Assembly: GCA_963717525.1 (NCBI GenBank)
Contig: OY970343.1
Span: 868,233-932,232, forward strand
Origin: an uncultured Methanoregulaceae archaeon
GTDB lineage: Archaea > Halobacteriota > Methanomicrobia > Methanomicrobiales > Methanospirillaceae
Length of the DNA: 64,000 nt
Reading direction: 5' to 3'
Below, in pieces: positions 30,301 through 41,817 of this stretch (positions are counted from its first letter, which is position 1; each line of letters starts with the position of its first letter). Position numbers and translations under genes: made by a program. Under the pieces are notes generated by a model. That model made no database searches, was not told where the DNA came from, and worked only from the letters and a program-made list of their open reading frames with translations.

Positions 30301-33300
30301 GTGCCCATAACAAAATGGGCAATTACGTTTTCGGGGTCGAGCGTGATAACGCGATCGAGAATTGCGACAGACTCTTCATACCGCTGGAGGTTGGCAAGGG
30401 ACTGTCCCTTTTTGACCATCGCACCAGTATGGTTATTTTCCAGTTCGAGCGCACGGTCAAATGAAGAGATCGCCTCTTCGTACCTGGTGAGAGCAAAGTA
30501 CGCGCAGCCCTTCTCGTACAGGATGGGGGCACTCTTCAGGCCGAGACCGAGGTACCGGTCAAAGATTTCTATGGCATTCTCGTATTTCTCCAGCCGGGCC
30601 AGTACAGTCCCGGCCTGCTCCAGCGCATCGGCGTTCTCAGGGTTTATCCTGAGGGTTTTTGCAAAGGCTTCGATCGCTTTATCGTCGCGGTGGAGTTCGA
30701 TATAGGCAAGGCCGAGATGATAGAAATTGTCAGCAGCTGCCGGGTCTGCACCGGTTGCCTCTTCGAATGCCACCGCTGCTTCCCGGTACCGTTTCAGGGA
30801 TTCGAGCGCATGGCCTTTTGCCGAGAGGATGCCGGCATCGCTGGGCGTAATCGCAAGAGCGTTGTCAAATGCAGATACTGCATCCTCGTATCTCCCCAGA
30901 GAAGTAAGAGCCTGTCCCTTGTGGAAGTATGCCGGCGGATAATTCGTGACGAGACCGAGAACGCGATCAAATGCCGCGACTGCCTCATCGTAACGCTGGA
31001 GTTCCATCAGGTTGAGTCCCAGGTCAAACCAGGCATGCGTATTAGTGCTATCGAGTTCGAGCGAACGGGAGAGGGCCGGCACGGCATCCGCGCACCGCCG
31101 CAGGGCCGATAAAGCAACGCCCTTGTAATACCATGCCTCGGCAAAATCAGGCTGGATCCCCAGTGCTAAATCCGAAGCCTGGATTGATTCCTCGTCCTGT
31201 CCCAGACTGTGCAGTGCTATAGCTTTGTTGAGCGCAGACTCTGCGCTTTTTGGATCATATATGAGTGCTTTTTCAAAGGAGAGGATTGCCTCCGTATACA
31301 TACCCTGCGCCGCGAGGGCTACACCCCGGAGATGGTGCGTGGAAGCATGGCCCGGTTCGAGAGCCAGGGCCCGGTCAAAGGCCTGGATCGCGTCACTGTA
31401 CCGTTCGAGTTTTAAGAGGGCCGCCCCGCGATGGTACACCGCTTTTTCGAGATGCGAATCGATGTGTTCAGCAAGGCCCAGTGACTCGATCGCGTCATCA
31501 TACCGGCCCAGTTCATACAACGCGAGGCCTTTGTAATGCAGTGCATCAGCAGAGGAGGGGTTTAATCTGAGTGCATGGTTGCAGGCATCGATCACCTCGG
31601 TGTAATCGCCAAGGTTAAAATGTGCATGCCCTTTCAGGATCCACGCATCGGCATTATCGGGGTGCTCGAGAAGGACTTTTTTGAAATCCTTGACGGCATC
31701 GCGGAACCTGCCCAGTATCGTTAGAGCCTCCCCCTTGTGGATCCGTGCCTGGACACAGTCGGGCTTGGCAGCAAGCGCTGTATCATAGGAGAGGATCGCG
31801 TCCTCATGCCTGCCAAGGCCATCGAGAGCCCGGCCTTTCTGGTAATGGAGCTGCGCATTCTTCGGCTCGCCGGAGAGCGCACGATCAATTGCTTCGATGG
31901 CCTCCCGGTACCTTCCCAGATGTGAAAGGATCAGCCCCCGGTACCTCCATGCCTCGACAAAGTCCTGACGGATCTCCGTCGCCTTTCCTGCTGCCGTCAG
32001 CGCATCCTCGTCCTGTCCCAGGTTGTGCAGGGACATGGCCTTGTTGAGCGCAGATTCGGCACTCTTAGGATCGCATTCGAGAGCACGATCATATGCGTCG
32101 ATGGAGTCCTGGTACAACCCCTGGGCAGCAAGCGCAACGCCCCTGAGGTGGTGCGCAGGCGCATACTTGGGCATGAGGATGAGGGCAGCATCGAAGGCCT
32201 GCACGGCCTCGCGGTAGCGCTCCAGTTTCAGGAGCGAAGCGCCGCGATGGTAGATGGCATGGTCGAGATGAGGGTCACTCTCAAGAGCCTGGTCAAAGGA
32301 GAGGATCGCCTCTTCGTACCGCCCTAGCTCGTAGAGCGCAAGACCCTTGTGGTAGTGTGCCTCAGGATAGTTCGATTCCACTTCGAGTGCGTGGTCGTAT
32401 GCTTCGATTGCCTCGATGTAACTGCCGGAGTCAAAGAGGGCCCGGCCTTTCTGGTACCATGCGTGAAAGTTATGGGGATTTTCTGCGATGGTCCGGTCGA
32501 AATCCCGGATGGCCTCGGCAAACCGACCCAGACTGAAGAGTGAAATGCCTTTGCGCATCCGCGCCTCGGAATACCGGGGTTTGAGAGCGAGCGTCTTCTC
32601 AAAGGCCGCGACTGCTTCCTGGTGCCGGCCAAGGCCGTCCAGCGCCCGGCCTTTCTGGAAATAAACCAGCGCATTCTCCGGGTCATAGATCAATGCCCGG
32701 TCAAATGCTTCGAGTGCCTCCTGATACCGCCCGAGCTTGGAGAGTGCAACCCCCTTGAAGTAGTATCCCGGCGAGTTGCTCGTATCCTTCTCAAGATTCT
32801 TTTCAAATGCGTCAATAGCTTCCTGGAATCGCCCGAGCTTGGAGAGTGCAACGCCCTTAGAGTAAAAGACCTCGGTATATGCCGGCTCTTTCTCAAGTGC
32901 CCGGTCGAACGCGGTTATTGCATCCTGGTACTTCCCAAGGTCAAGGAGCATCTTCCCCTTGTTGTACCATGCGGGAGAAAATGATTCCCGGATCCTGAGT
33001 GCTGCTTCAAAGGAGGTGAGCGCATCTTTTGGCCGGCCGGAGTTTGCAAGGGCAAGACCCATGTGGAAATGTGCTTCGCTATTATTCGCATCTATCTCAA
33101 GAAGGACCTCGAAAACCTGGAGTGCCTCCTCTACCCGGTTGATCTTTTCAAGGGCAAAGCCCTTGTACAGGAAGGCACCAGTGCTCCGCTGATTCAGGGT
33201 AATCGCGTTATCGAATGCATCAATAGCATCCTGGTACCTCCCCAGATCAAAAAGGGCCCTGCCGTCTTTGATCCAGCCCTCTTCCTGGTCAGGATCCAGC

Positions 33301-36300
33301 CTGAGGGCCTCTGCATACGCATCCGCTGCATCTCCGGTCCGTCCCAGTATATTGAGGGCATCTCCTTTGTGCATCCAGATCTCGCCTAGCCCGGAATTGA
33401 TCTCAAGGGCTTTACTGAATGCTGCTATGGCATCGGGAATCTTGCCAAGATCCGAGAGCAGGACTCCTTTCCTTGCCCACGCATCCGCGTTGGCCGGGTT
33501 AATCTCGAGGACCCGGGTGTAGACTGCGAGTGCGTCCTGTTTTTTTACGAGGTGTTCAAGTGCAATCCCTTTCTGCATCCAGATCCCGACAAGATTCGGG
33601 TTTAAGGACAGAATGCGATCGAAGGTATCGACTGCATCGGCGTACCGCTGGAGCACGAGGAGGGATTCGCCGCGGCAGAGGAGCGCTTCCATCTGCGAGG
33701 GGTTTGCGGCTAGACTGCGGTTGAGCGCAGCTACAGCCTCGTCGTGACGTCCGAGCCGGGCCAGGGCAATGCCAAGGTACATGAACGCATCGGTCAGCGA
33801 GGGGTTCATCTGGATTGCCGTATTGAGCGCAGCTGACAGCCTCGTCGTACCTGTGGGACTGCAGGAAAGCGACACCCTGGTAATAGTGCGTGGCGGCATT
33901 GGTGGTATCAAGAGCAAGGGCGTCGGAAAAAGCCCGGATGGCGTCATCATACCGGTCACATTCGATCAGCGAGATCCCCCTGTAGTGGTGGGCGAGGGCA
34001 TTGGCCGGGTTGTATTCGAGAGACCGCTCGAACGCTACGATGGCCTCATCGAACCGTTCCCTCCCCGCGTATGCGATGCCGAGATAATAGAGCGCCTGTG
34101 CGTTCCCCGGTTCGAGTATGAGCAGCCGTTCGAAAGTCTTTATCGCATCATCGTATCGTTCGCGCTGGGCAAGTGCAATCCCCTTCTGGTACAGGGTCTT
34201 TGGATTGCCGGGCTCGATCTCGAGAGCCTGATCGTAGGAGATGATTGCCTCCAGCTGCTTGCCAAGCCGGGCAAGGGCATTGCCTTTCTCAAAGAACGCT
34301 CGGGCGCACCGCCGGTTAATCTCGAGCACTCGCTCGAACGCCCGTACTGCCTCCTCAAAACGGGAGAGCTCCGCAAAGGAGATACCCTTGTAATACCATG
34401 CCCGGTCATCCCGTGGGGCGTCCTCAAGGGCACGGTTGAGGTTGGTGATCGCATCCTCGAACCTGCCCAGGGTGACAAGTGCAATCCCTTTGCAGACAAG
34501 GGCATGCGTATTTTTCGGGTTCAGACCGATGACCCGGTCAAAGGCCTCAATCGCCTTCGGGGCTGCACTCAGCCGGGCATAGCAAATCCCGGCAGAGAGC
34601 CAGGCGTCGGTAAGGCCCGGATCCTGCTCAACGGCCATTTCAAAGGTAGTGACCGCATCCTTCCAGCGTAAAAGCTGCATGAGCGCCAGCCCTTTTTCAT
34701 AGAGGGCTGAGGTATTCTGCGGCGAGAGGGTAAGCACCGCATCATAGGCAGCCGCAGCGTCAGAATACCGTTCCTGCTTAAAGAGCACGGTCCCCCGGTT
34801 GTATAACGCGAGAGTATGGGTGGGATCGATTGCCACAGCACGGTCAAATGCGAGGAGCGCCTCATCAAGCATCCCCTGCTTTTCAAGAGCGATACCCTTG
34901 CTGTAGTACGCGTTGACATAGTTGGGGTAGATCCCGATCGCCTGATCGAATGCTTCGATCGCAGGCTCGAACCGGTCTGCCTTCAGAAGCGCACTGCCCT
35001 TGTCGTAATATGCCTGCGCATTATCGGGTTTTAAGGCAATGCTCTTATTGAACGCATCCAGCGCCTCATCAAGCCTGCCGATCTTGACGAGGATCTGGCC
35101 TTTCTGGTGGTACGCCTGTGCATTGCCGGGGTTTTCGTTCAAAGCCCGTTCAAATTCCAGCAGTGCATCTTCACTGTTTCCAAGTTTGGCAAGAGCAAAT
35201 CCCTTGTGGTAGATCGCATCAGAATAATCAGGCCGGATCTTCAGCGCACGGTTGTACGCGGCAACGGAATCACCAAAACGCCCGAGGCTTGCAAAGGCAA
35301 GACCGATCTGGTAGGCAGCCGAAGCGCACCCGGAATCGATGGTGAGTGTTTGTTCAAAGGCCCCGATCGCCTCTTCCTGCCGGCCAAGCCGGGATAAAAC
35401 AATGCCCCGGAAATACGACGCCCCGGCATTGTCGCCCCGGGTCGCCAGGATCCGGTCAAACGCCCCGAGCGCCTCGTCGTACCTGCTCAGGTGGATACAA
35501 GAGACCCCCCGGCTGTACGCGGCATCGGCATTCTCCGGCTCGGCTGCAAGCGCCCGGTCAAAATCCGCTACTGCCTCGCGGAAACGGCCGAGGTGCTGGT
35601 TGGCCTTGCCCCGGAAAAAGTAGATCCTGCTATTCTGCGGTGCGAGCTCCGCCGCCTTATCGAGCGCGTACGCGGCGTCCTGGTACCGCTCCATCTCATA
35701 CAGGGAGAATCCTTTGTAGAGCCAGGCATCCGGTGCGAGGGGGTTCTGTTCTATGGCATGATCGAACGATGCCACAGCATCGCCATACCTTTTGATCTTG
35801 TATTGGGCAGTCCCGCGTATCACCCATATGTCTGCATGATCGGGCTCGGAGGCAAGGAAGGTCCCGGTGGCCTCCGCTGCTTCAGCGTACCGTTCCTGTT
35901 TGACAAGGATGAACGAGCGGTAATACCAGACCCAGGGATCAGAAGGATCGAGGGCATGGGCCTGTTCGAAGGCTCCAAGAGCCTCTTCATACCTCCCGAT
36001 TTCGTACAGGGAGATCCCCATGTTGTAAAATGCCTTTGCATACTCAGGGATGATCTCGATTGCCTTCCCGTATGCGAGAATGGCTTCCTCGTGTCTGCCG
36101 AGATCTGCAAGAGCGATCCCCTTGTTATAATAGACCTTTGCATGGCTGGGATCGATTGTAAGCGCATGGTCGTAAGCCGATATTGCGTCCTGGTACCTGC
36201 CAAGTTCATAGAATGATATGCCCTTCAGTATCCACGCCTCTGCATTGTCGAATTTAAGAGCGATAAGCCGGTCGCAGGCTTCGAGAGCCTCCCTGTTCCT

Positions 36301-36564
36301 GCCGATCTGCGCTAATGTTGCAGCCTTATTGTACCATGCGTTGATATCGGAGGGGTCAAGCGTAAGTGCATAGTCGTAAGAGTCAATAGCTGCTTCGTAA
36401 CGGCCGAGATCGTACAGGGCGATGCCCTTAAAATAATGGGCCTTGGGCAGTTTGGGAAAGAGGGTAAGCGCCCGGTCAAACATGACCACAGCTTCCTGGT
36501 GCCTGCCGAGATCATACAATTCGATACCCTGCCGCATCAGTGCTTCAGCATCACTCCTGCTCAT
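24323..36564 (-). CDS. Giant TPR-repeat protein, about 4079 aa after correcting two +1 indels (near 33836 and 29163)
   Basis: Three overlapping ORFs (1002, 1609, 1625 aa) with a continuous 34-aa TPR pattern W..KG..L..LG...EA...FD.AL...P. 12242 bp minus 2 = 4080 codons. Confidence 0.92.
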
Positions 36565-36986
36565 GGATTGTTGTCGCCCCTCAGGTTAGATTTTTATATC
36601 GTTTTTGTGTGGCTTGAAAGTATATACGCGTGGGAAAATGCGGCATATACTCTTTCTGGTATTTATATGTACATCACTATTTATGAATGCTATTTTTATA
36701 GCCTATTAGTTTGCGATGGATACCTTCAACCGGATACTTTTATCGGCAGAGGGAGCCGACGACTCCGCACAGTCTTTCGATTCCTTCGTTAATTCTCATG
36801 GTACCGGTATCGGAAGGTACGGTCCGAGGACATCCGGCATACCAAGAGAAGAGGTGTCAAGGAGCGCCTTGTCAGAGAAAACATTTCCGGGATTTTTTAA
36901 AACAATTCACAACATAAGAACTGGAGCTCTTAAGATTTTTGGTATGATAGCAAACATTTTTTGATGAACGCGTTGATCTTGTTTTC

Positions 36987-37409
36987 ATGAGTGCGTATTC
37001 GGGACTCGAACTTTCTCCCAAAAAAGTAGAATATATAAAATTCCTTGATGGGAAAAACGGTCCTATAAAGACTAATGACATAGCCACCGGTTTTGGTGTA
37101 GACCCGTCAACTATCACAAAAATGATGAGCGAACTTGCAGATGAGGGACTCCTGGATTACATACCCTATCACGGGGTCTCCCTTTCGGCAAAAGGAAAAA
37201 TCACGGCAGAATTCCTGGTAAAAAGACACCGGATACTTGCCCTGGCGCTGACGCATTTTGGTCTCTCGCATGAACAAGCCTGTCAAGAAGTATCAAGGTT
37301 TGAGAGTTTTGTTTCCAAGGAGACAATCGATCAGATGTGCCGGGCCATGGGGCACCCGAACAAAGGTATCTGCGGAAATATTACGCATAACGACGGGTGC
37401 CTTGAATAA
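36987..37409 (+). CDS. DtxR/MntR-family metal-dependent transcriptional regulator
   Basis: EYIKFL, DIA..GVDPSTITKM HTH, YIPYHGVSL..G, KRHRIL, GHP..CG. Confidence 0.88.
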   Translation: MSAYSGLELSPKKVEYIKFLDGKNGPIKTNDIATGFGVDPSTITKMMSELADEGLLDYIPYHGVSLSAKGKITAEFLVKRHRILALALTHFGLSHEQACQEVSRFESFVSKETIDQMCRAMGHPNKGICGNITHNDGCLE

Positions 37410-37460
37410 TATTTCATAAAACCACAAAGTGTTTTACCCTCATTTTCCCGGGAGATTTAT

Positions 37461-37490
37461 TTTTGGATAAAATTTGGGCATTATCCAAAA
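37461..37490. promoter_or_regulatory. Candidate operator for the DtxR-family regulator
   Basis: Perfect 10-bp inverted repeat ttttggataa-N10-ttatccaaaa, just upstream of TATA-like tattatat (37501) ahead of the ABC operon. Confidence 0.55.
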
Positions 37491-37635
37491 TTCTCACAAC
37501 TATTATATGCACATCCTGCGAAGAAGATTGCAGAATAGACGTACGGTGCAACGGAAAGAATTGTAATCCGAATGTCAGATGCTACAGGACGGATCATATG
37601 TGGCATCAGATGATATAAAGGGAGATAAAAAAATT

Positions 37636-38589
37636 ATGAAATCGGGAACGTACATCGCTATTTGTGGTATCGTTGTTGTCCTCATTGCTGTTATTGCCAT
37701 TATCGTGACTGATGGCTCGCATTCGAATCCGGTTGTTACCAATTCCTCTTCTCTAGTCAACAATACTCCAAAAATCATACAGATTGTCGCCGCTGAAAAT
37801 TTCTGGGGCAGCCTGGTATCGCAGATTGGCGGGACGCATGTTCAGGTGCTGAGTATAGTTTCAGATCCCAATGCAGATCCCCATGAATATGAAAGCAATA
37901 CAGCGAATGCCCGGGCATTTGCAACGGCAGACTATATCGTTGTCAACGGAGCCGGATATGATGAATGGGCTAACAAACTCATCAGTGCTGGCATCAAGCC
38001 GAATGCCCAAGTTTTGAATGTGGCCAATCTTATTGGACAACAGAACGGCGATAATCCTCATTTCTGGTATAGTCCTGATTACGTTAACCAGACCACAAAA
38101 CAGATGGAATTAGACCTTATTTCCATCGATCCGTCCAATGCAAAAGACTATGAGCAGAATTATGCCAATCTGCAGGTATCGCTTTCCCAATATCAAAACC
38201 GGATCGGTGAGATCAAACAGCAATTCGGGGGCACGAAAGTTGCAGCCACCGAATCCATCTTTGAATACCTGGCAAACGCTACCGGTCTTGATCTTGTCTC
38301 TCCGCCGGCATTTACTCACGCTGTAGCCGAAGGAAACGATCCACCAGCAAACAGTGTTGTCCAATTTGAAACGCAGCTCCAGAGCGATAATGTGAGTGTG
38401 CTGGTCTATAACCAGCAGACCGTTACGCCGCTTACGGATAACATGAAGAAACTGGCCTCAGAACAAGGGATCCCCGTTATTGGTATAACAGAGACTATCC
38501 AACCCCCCGATGTCTCATTCCAGGACTGGATGAATGCAGAATTAATCAGTCTTCAGAACGCGCTCAATGCAAAAGCTCTGGGAAATTAA
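37636..38589 (+). CDS. Zn/Mn ABC transporter substrate-binding protein (ZnuA-like)
   Basis: N-terminal TM; DPHEYE, NGAGYD, NPHFW. Confidence 0.9.
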   Translation: MKSGTYIAICGIVVVLIAVIAIIVTDGSHSNPVVTNSSSLVNNTPKIIQIVAAENFWGSLVSQIGGTHVQVLSIVSDPNADPHEYESNTANARAFATADYIVVNGAGYDEWANKLISAGIKPNAQVLNVANLIGQQNGDNPHFWYSPDYVNQTTKQMELDLISIDPSNAKDYEQNYANLQVSLSQYQNRIGEIKQQFGGTKVAATESIFEYLANATGLDLVSPPAFTHAVAEGNDPPANSVVQFETQLQSDNVSVLVYNQQTVTPLTDNMKKLASEQGIPVIGITETIQPPDVSFQDWMNAELISLQNALNAKALGN

Positions 38590-38592
38590 ACA

Positions 38593-39390
38593 ATGAAAGA
38601 AAACCTTCCCCCGATTATCACTGCAGAAAACCTGACCGCAGGATACCAGGAAAATACGGTCTGGCAGGACGCTAGTTTCGCGATTGAACACGGCGAATTT
38701 GTGGCAATTATAGGCCCCAACGGATCGGGCAAGACAACCCTGTTTCGTTTGCTTCTCGGATTGCAACAACCCGTACGAGGCAATATTCAAGTATTTGACG
38801 CCCGTCCCAAACGCGGTAACGAGCATATCGGATACGTGCCTCAAAGGCACGTAATTGATGCCGATACGACTCTCGAATCCCTTGAACTGGTGCGGCTTGG
38901 ATTTTCCGGTAATAAATGGGGGTTAAATCCATTTTCCCGGAATGATCACCAGGTCGCATCTGACGCATTGAAAGCAGTAGGTGCAGAAGAGCTTGCGCAT
39001 CGTTCTCTCGGGGGATTATCAGGTGGAGAATTACAGCGGGTGTTTCTTGCGGAAGCGCTGGTTAGTGATCCCCATCTGTTATTGCTCGATGAACCGTTGT
39101 CAAATCTTGATATCAGGCGTGAGCAGGAATTGGTACAGGTTATCCATAATGTGGTTCGATCACGCGATGTGACGGCCTTGCTTATCGCCCACAACATTAA
39201 TCCTCTTCTACCGGTTCTCGATAAAGTAATCTATATCGCCAACGGCAGGGTTGCGATCGGGAAGCCGGATGAAGTCCTGACTTCAGAGGCATTATCGGGA
39301 TTATATGGGATCCAGGTCGAGGTACTGCGGGGTTCCCATGGTCAGATCGCTGTCATAGGGACTGAAGAAAACCAGCATCATTATGATTGA
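38593..39390 (+). CDS. Zn/Mn ABC transporter ATPase (ZnuC-like)
   Basis: GPNGSGKTT, GYVPQ, LSGGELQR, LLLLDEP. Confidence 0.92.
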   Translation: MKENLPPIITAENLTAGYQENTVWQDASFAIEHGEFVAIIGPNGSGKTTLFRLLLGLQQPVRGNIQVFDARPKRGNEHIGYVPQRHVIDADTTLESLELVRLGFSGNKWGLNPFSRNDHQVASDALKAVGAEELAHRSLGGLSGGELQRVFLAEALVSDPHLLLLDEPLSNLDIRREQELVQVIHNVVRSRDVTALLIAHNINPLLPVLDKVIYIANGRVAIGKPDEVLTSEALSGLYGIQVEVLRGSHGQIAVIGTEENQHHYD

Positions 39391-39402
39391 ACCGGCGCTA
39401 GC

Positions 39403-40284
39403 ATGATTGACATTTCCTTTAGCATTAATTTGTTTTCTGATCTTCAGACGATGTGGCAGTACGACTTCATGCAACACGCCTTTGAAGCCGGAACAATCGT
39501 CGCAATTATCGCAGGCATCGTTGGTTATTTTGTAGTCCTTCGTCGCTCGTCCTTCGCGGCACATGCCCTTTCCCATATAGGGTTTGCAGGGGCCGCCGGC
39601 GCCGTGCTTTTTGGGGTCGACCCCATTATAGGTCTTCTCCTGTTTACAAGTGGAGGTGGCATTACTATCGGGTTGCTTGGCCGGCGCGCTGCTTCCCGTG
39701 ACATTCAGATCGGAACCGTCCTTGCATTCATGCTGGGCCTTGGCGTCCTGTTCATCAGCCTCTATAGCGGGTATGCAACCGAAGCGTACTCTATTTTATT
39801 CGGAGAAATACTGGGCATCAGCACAAACGACGTCCTTGTGACACTTGTTGCGAGCCTTGTAATTCTTTTGTTAACCGCTGTCGTGTACCGGCCGCTTTTA
39901 TTTGCATCTCTCGATGAAGATGTGGCTGAGGCAAAAGGACTGCCCACCCTTTTGCTCGGCGTAATTTTCATGATTTTGGTTGCAGTTGCAACATCGATCT
40001 CCGTCCAGGTTGTCGGAGTCCTTCTTATTTTCGCATTAATGGTGACACCGGCAGCGATTGCTCAACGATTATCCAAACAACCCCTCCATGGGATAGTGAT
40101 CTCTGTGTTTATTGCTCTCATGGCGACGTGGATCGGGCTCTTTGTCTCGTTTTATGAGCCGTACCCGGTGAGTTTTTTTATAACGAGCATAGTATTCGTT
40201 ATTTACCTGCTTACCCTGATTGTTCAGAGAATCAATACTTCTCTCATTTCTGAAAGATTATTCCACTTCAAAAATGAGGGTTAA
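39403..40284 (+). CDS. Zn/Mn ABC transporter permease (ABC-3/ZnuB-like)
   Basis: HALSH.GFAG, LFGEILGI, VGVLLIFALMVTPA. Confidence 0.92.
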   Translation: MIDISFSINLFSDLQTMWQYDFMQHAFEAGTIVAIIAGIVGYFVVLRRSSFAAHALSHIGFAGAAGAVLFGVDPIIGLLLFTSGGGITIGLLGRRAASRDIQIGTVLAFMLGLGVLFISLYSGYATEAYSILFGEILGISTNDVLVTLVASLVILLLTAVVYRPLLFASLDEDVAEAKGLPTLLLGVIFMILVAVATSISVQVVGVLLIFALMVTPAAIAQRLSKQPLHGIVISVFIALMATWIGLFVSFYEPYPVSFFITSIVFVIYLLTLIVQRINTSLISERLFHFKNEG

Positions 40285-40644
40285 TCTGTCTTTGCGGACT
40301 CCCTCATTTTTATACGATTTTTCCAGAGCAACATTTTCGGCTCTGTAGACCATATTTTTTCAACAAAATATCCTATATAAAGAGATGGCGGAGTTTGAGT
40401 CCCCCTAAAACGCGCCACTATTTTGCGGTGATGTTGTATAACCATCTCGGGAGATGACACTATATGGGGCATACGACAGTGACTGGAGCGAAGGCAACAA
40501 TTGCCGTAATTTCCCAAGAGTGCGAGGAAAGATAAATTGTGAAGATTTCTACAAAGGTAGGGAACTTGATCGCCCGTATGCCAGTCTGATGAGTAAACTC
40601 AGACCCACTATAAAGGAGAGATAAAAGCGGTGTGCCGGTTTCAT

Positions 40645-41799
40645 TCACCAAAAAGACCGGATCCCGGAGATGAGAAGGGGTGAAAAGAACCGGAAGAGTG
40701 AAGGGTTTTTTGCGAGGATTCCCGCGATCTTTGCCGGCCGGTCCATATCCCCATGCCGGACAATCTCTTCGATAATTTCAGGGTTGTTCATCGCGAGGAT
40801 CATCCGGTCGATGGTCGCTGCAGAAAGGTGCCGGCGCATCTGGAAGAGACGGTAACCGAGCGCGAGCTCCCGTCCGATGTCTGCCTGCCAGCGCCGCTCG
40901 TACTCGGCGAGCGCGGCATCAGAGAAGCTATCCTGTTCACAACACGCGGTCGCCACCGCAGCTGCATGCCGGGCCGAGCGGATACCGGTATAGACCCCTC
41001 CGCCGGATGTAGGCTTCGCAAACCCGGCTGCATCGCCGATAAACAGGGTCCGGCGGCCATACGTCCGGGGCATCACACCCAGCGGGATCGTACCGGTGAC
41101 CAGATGCAGGTCCGAGCGCAGGCCGATTCTCTTCACAAAGGCCAGAAAACGTTCCCGTACCAGCCTTGTCCCGCAAAGCCCCACCCTCGCCCGGTCATTC
41201 CCGGACGGGATGACCCAGCCGAAGAATTCCGGGGATGCGCCCGGGTACAACTCGACAAGATCAGGGTCACTTTCGCGTTTTCCCTCTGCCTGGATACCCG
41301 CGAGATAGACCGGGGATCGCTCCATACCGTAACTGCGGGCGATCGTACTCCGGGGCCCGTCTGCTGCGATCAGGATCTTATAAGCAATCTCTGCATGCCC
41401 ATCGATCCCCCGGGTGATTACATGGTAATCCCGGATCCCACTGACCGAAGTCTTGAGCATAAATACCGCTCCTGCATCTGCCGCTGCCGCCGCCATTTCA
41501 CGGTCAAGCATGCCCCGGTCCACAATATACGCTTTCGGAGTCTTTGCATCGATGACAAGGGGTGATCCTGAAGATGACACTATGCGGGCGCCGGTTACGG
41601 TGTTCTGGATCGGGCGCCGGGACACGGCGCATTCATCAAACGCAGCAAGGGAGAGGAGGCCGGCGCATTGCACCGGGTAGCCGATGCTCCCCTGCTCCTC
41701 AATGCAGAGAACAGAAAGTCCGCGATCTGCGCAGGCACGGGCGGCTGCACAGCCCGCCGGCCCGGCTCCGGCAACAACGATATCATAGGCCGGCGTCAT
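40645..41799 (-). CDS. Geranylgeranyl reductase family FAD oxidoreductase (digeranylgeranylglycerophospholipid reductase-like)
   Basis: GAGPAG, PVQCAG, DRGMLD, AADG, FGWVIP, GDAAG..KPTSGGG. Confidence 0.9.
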   Translation of the reverse strand: MTPAYDIVVAGAGPAGCAAARACADRGLSVLCIEEQGSIGYPVQCAGLLSLAAFDECAVSRRPIQNTVTGARIVSSSGSPLVIDAKTPKAYIVDRGMLDREMAAAAADAGAVFMLKTSVSGIRDYHVITRGIDGHAEIAYKILIAADGPRSTIARSYGMERSPVYLAGIQAEGKRESDPDLVELYPGASPEFFGWVIPSGNDRARVGLCGTRLVRERFLAFVKRIGLRSDLHLVTGTIPLGVMPRTYGRRTLFIGDAAGFAKPTSGGGVYTGIRSARHAAAVATACCEQDSFSDAALAEYERRWQADIGRELALGYRLFQMRRHLSAATIDRMILAMNNPEIIEEIVRHGDMDRPAKIAGILAKNPSLFRFFSPLLISGIRSFW

Positions 41800-41817
41800 G
41801 ACGGGGTACCAAAAAAG

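Noticed and set aside
24323-36564. Three separate TPR genes or programmed frameshifting
   Set aside because: TPR register continues across both junctions, no slippery sequence is evident, and the same error type occurs throughout the window
36716-36964. 82-aa ORF upstream of the DtxR-family gene
   Set aside because: No recognisable motif; may be spurious or a gene fragment
40290-40640. Possible IS remnant (EGNNCR peptide; tagtgggtctgagtttactcatc on the minus strand resembles an IS end)
   Set aside because: Too short and degenerate; no partner inverted repeat or DDE motif found
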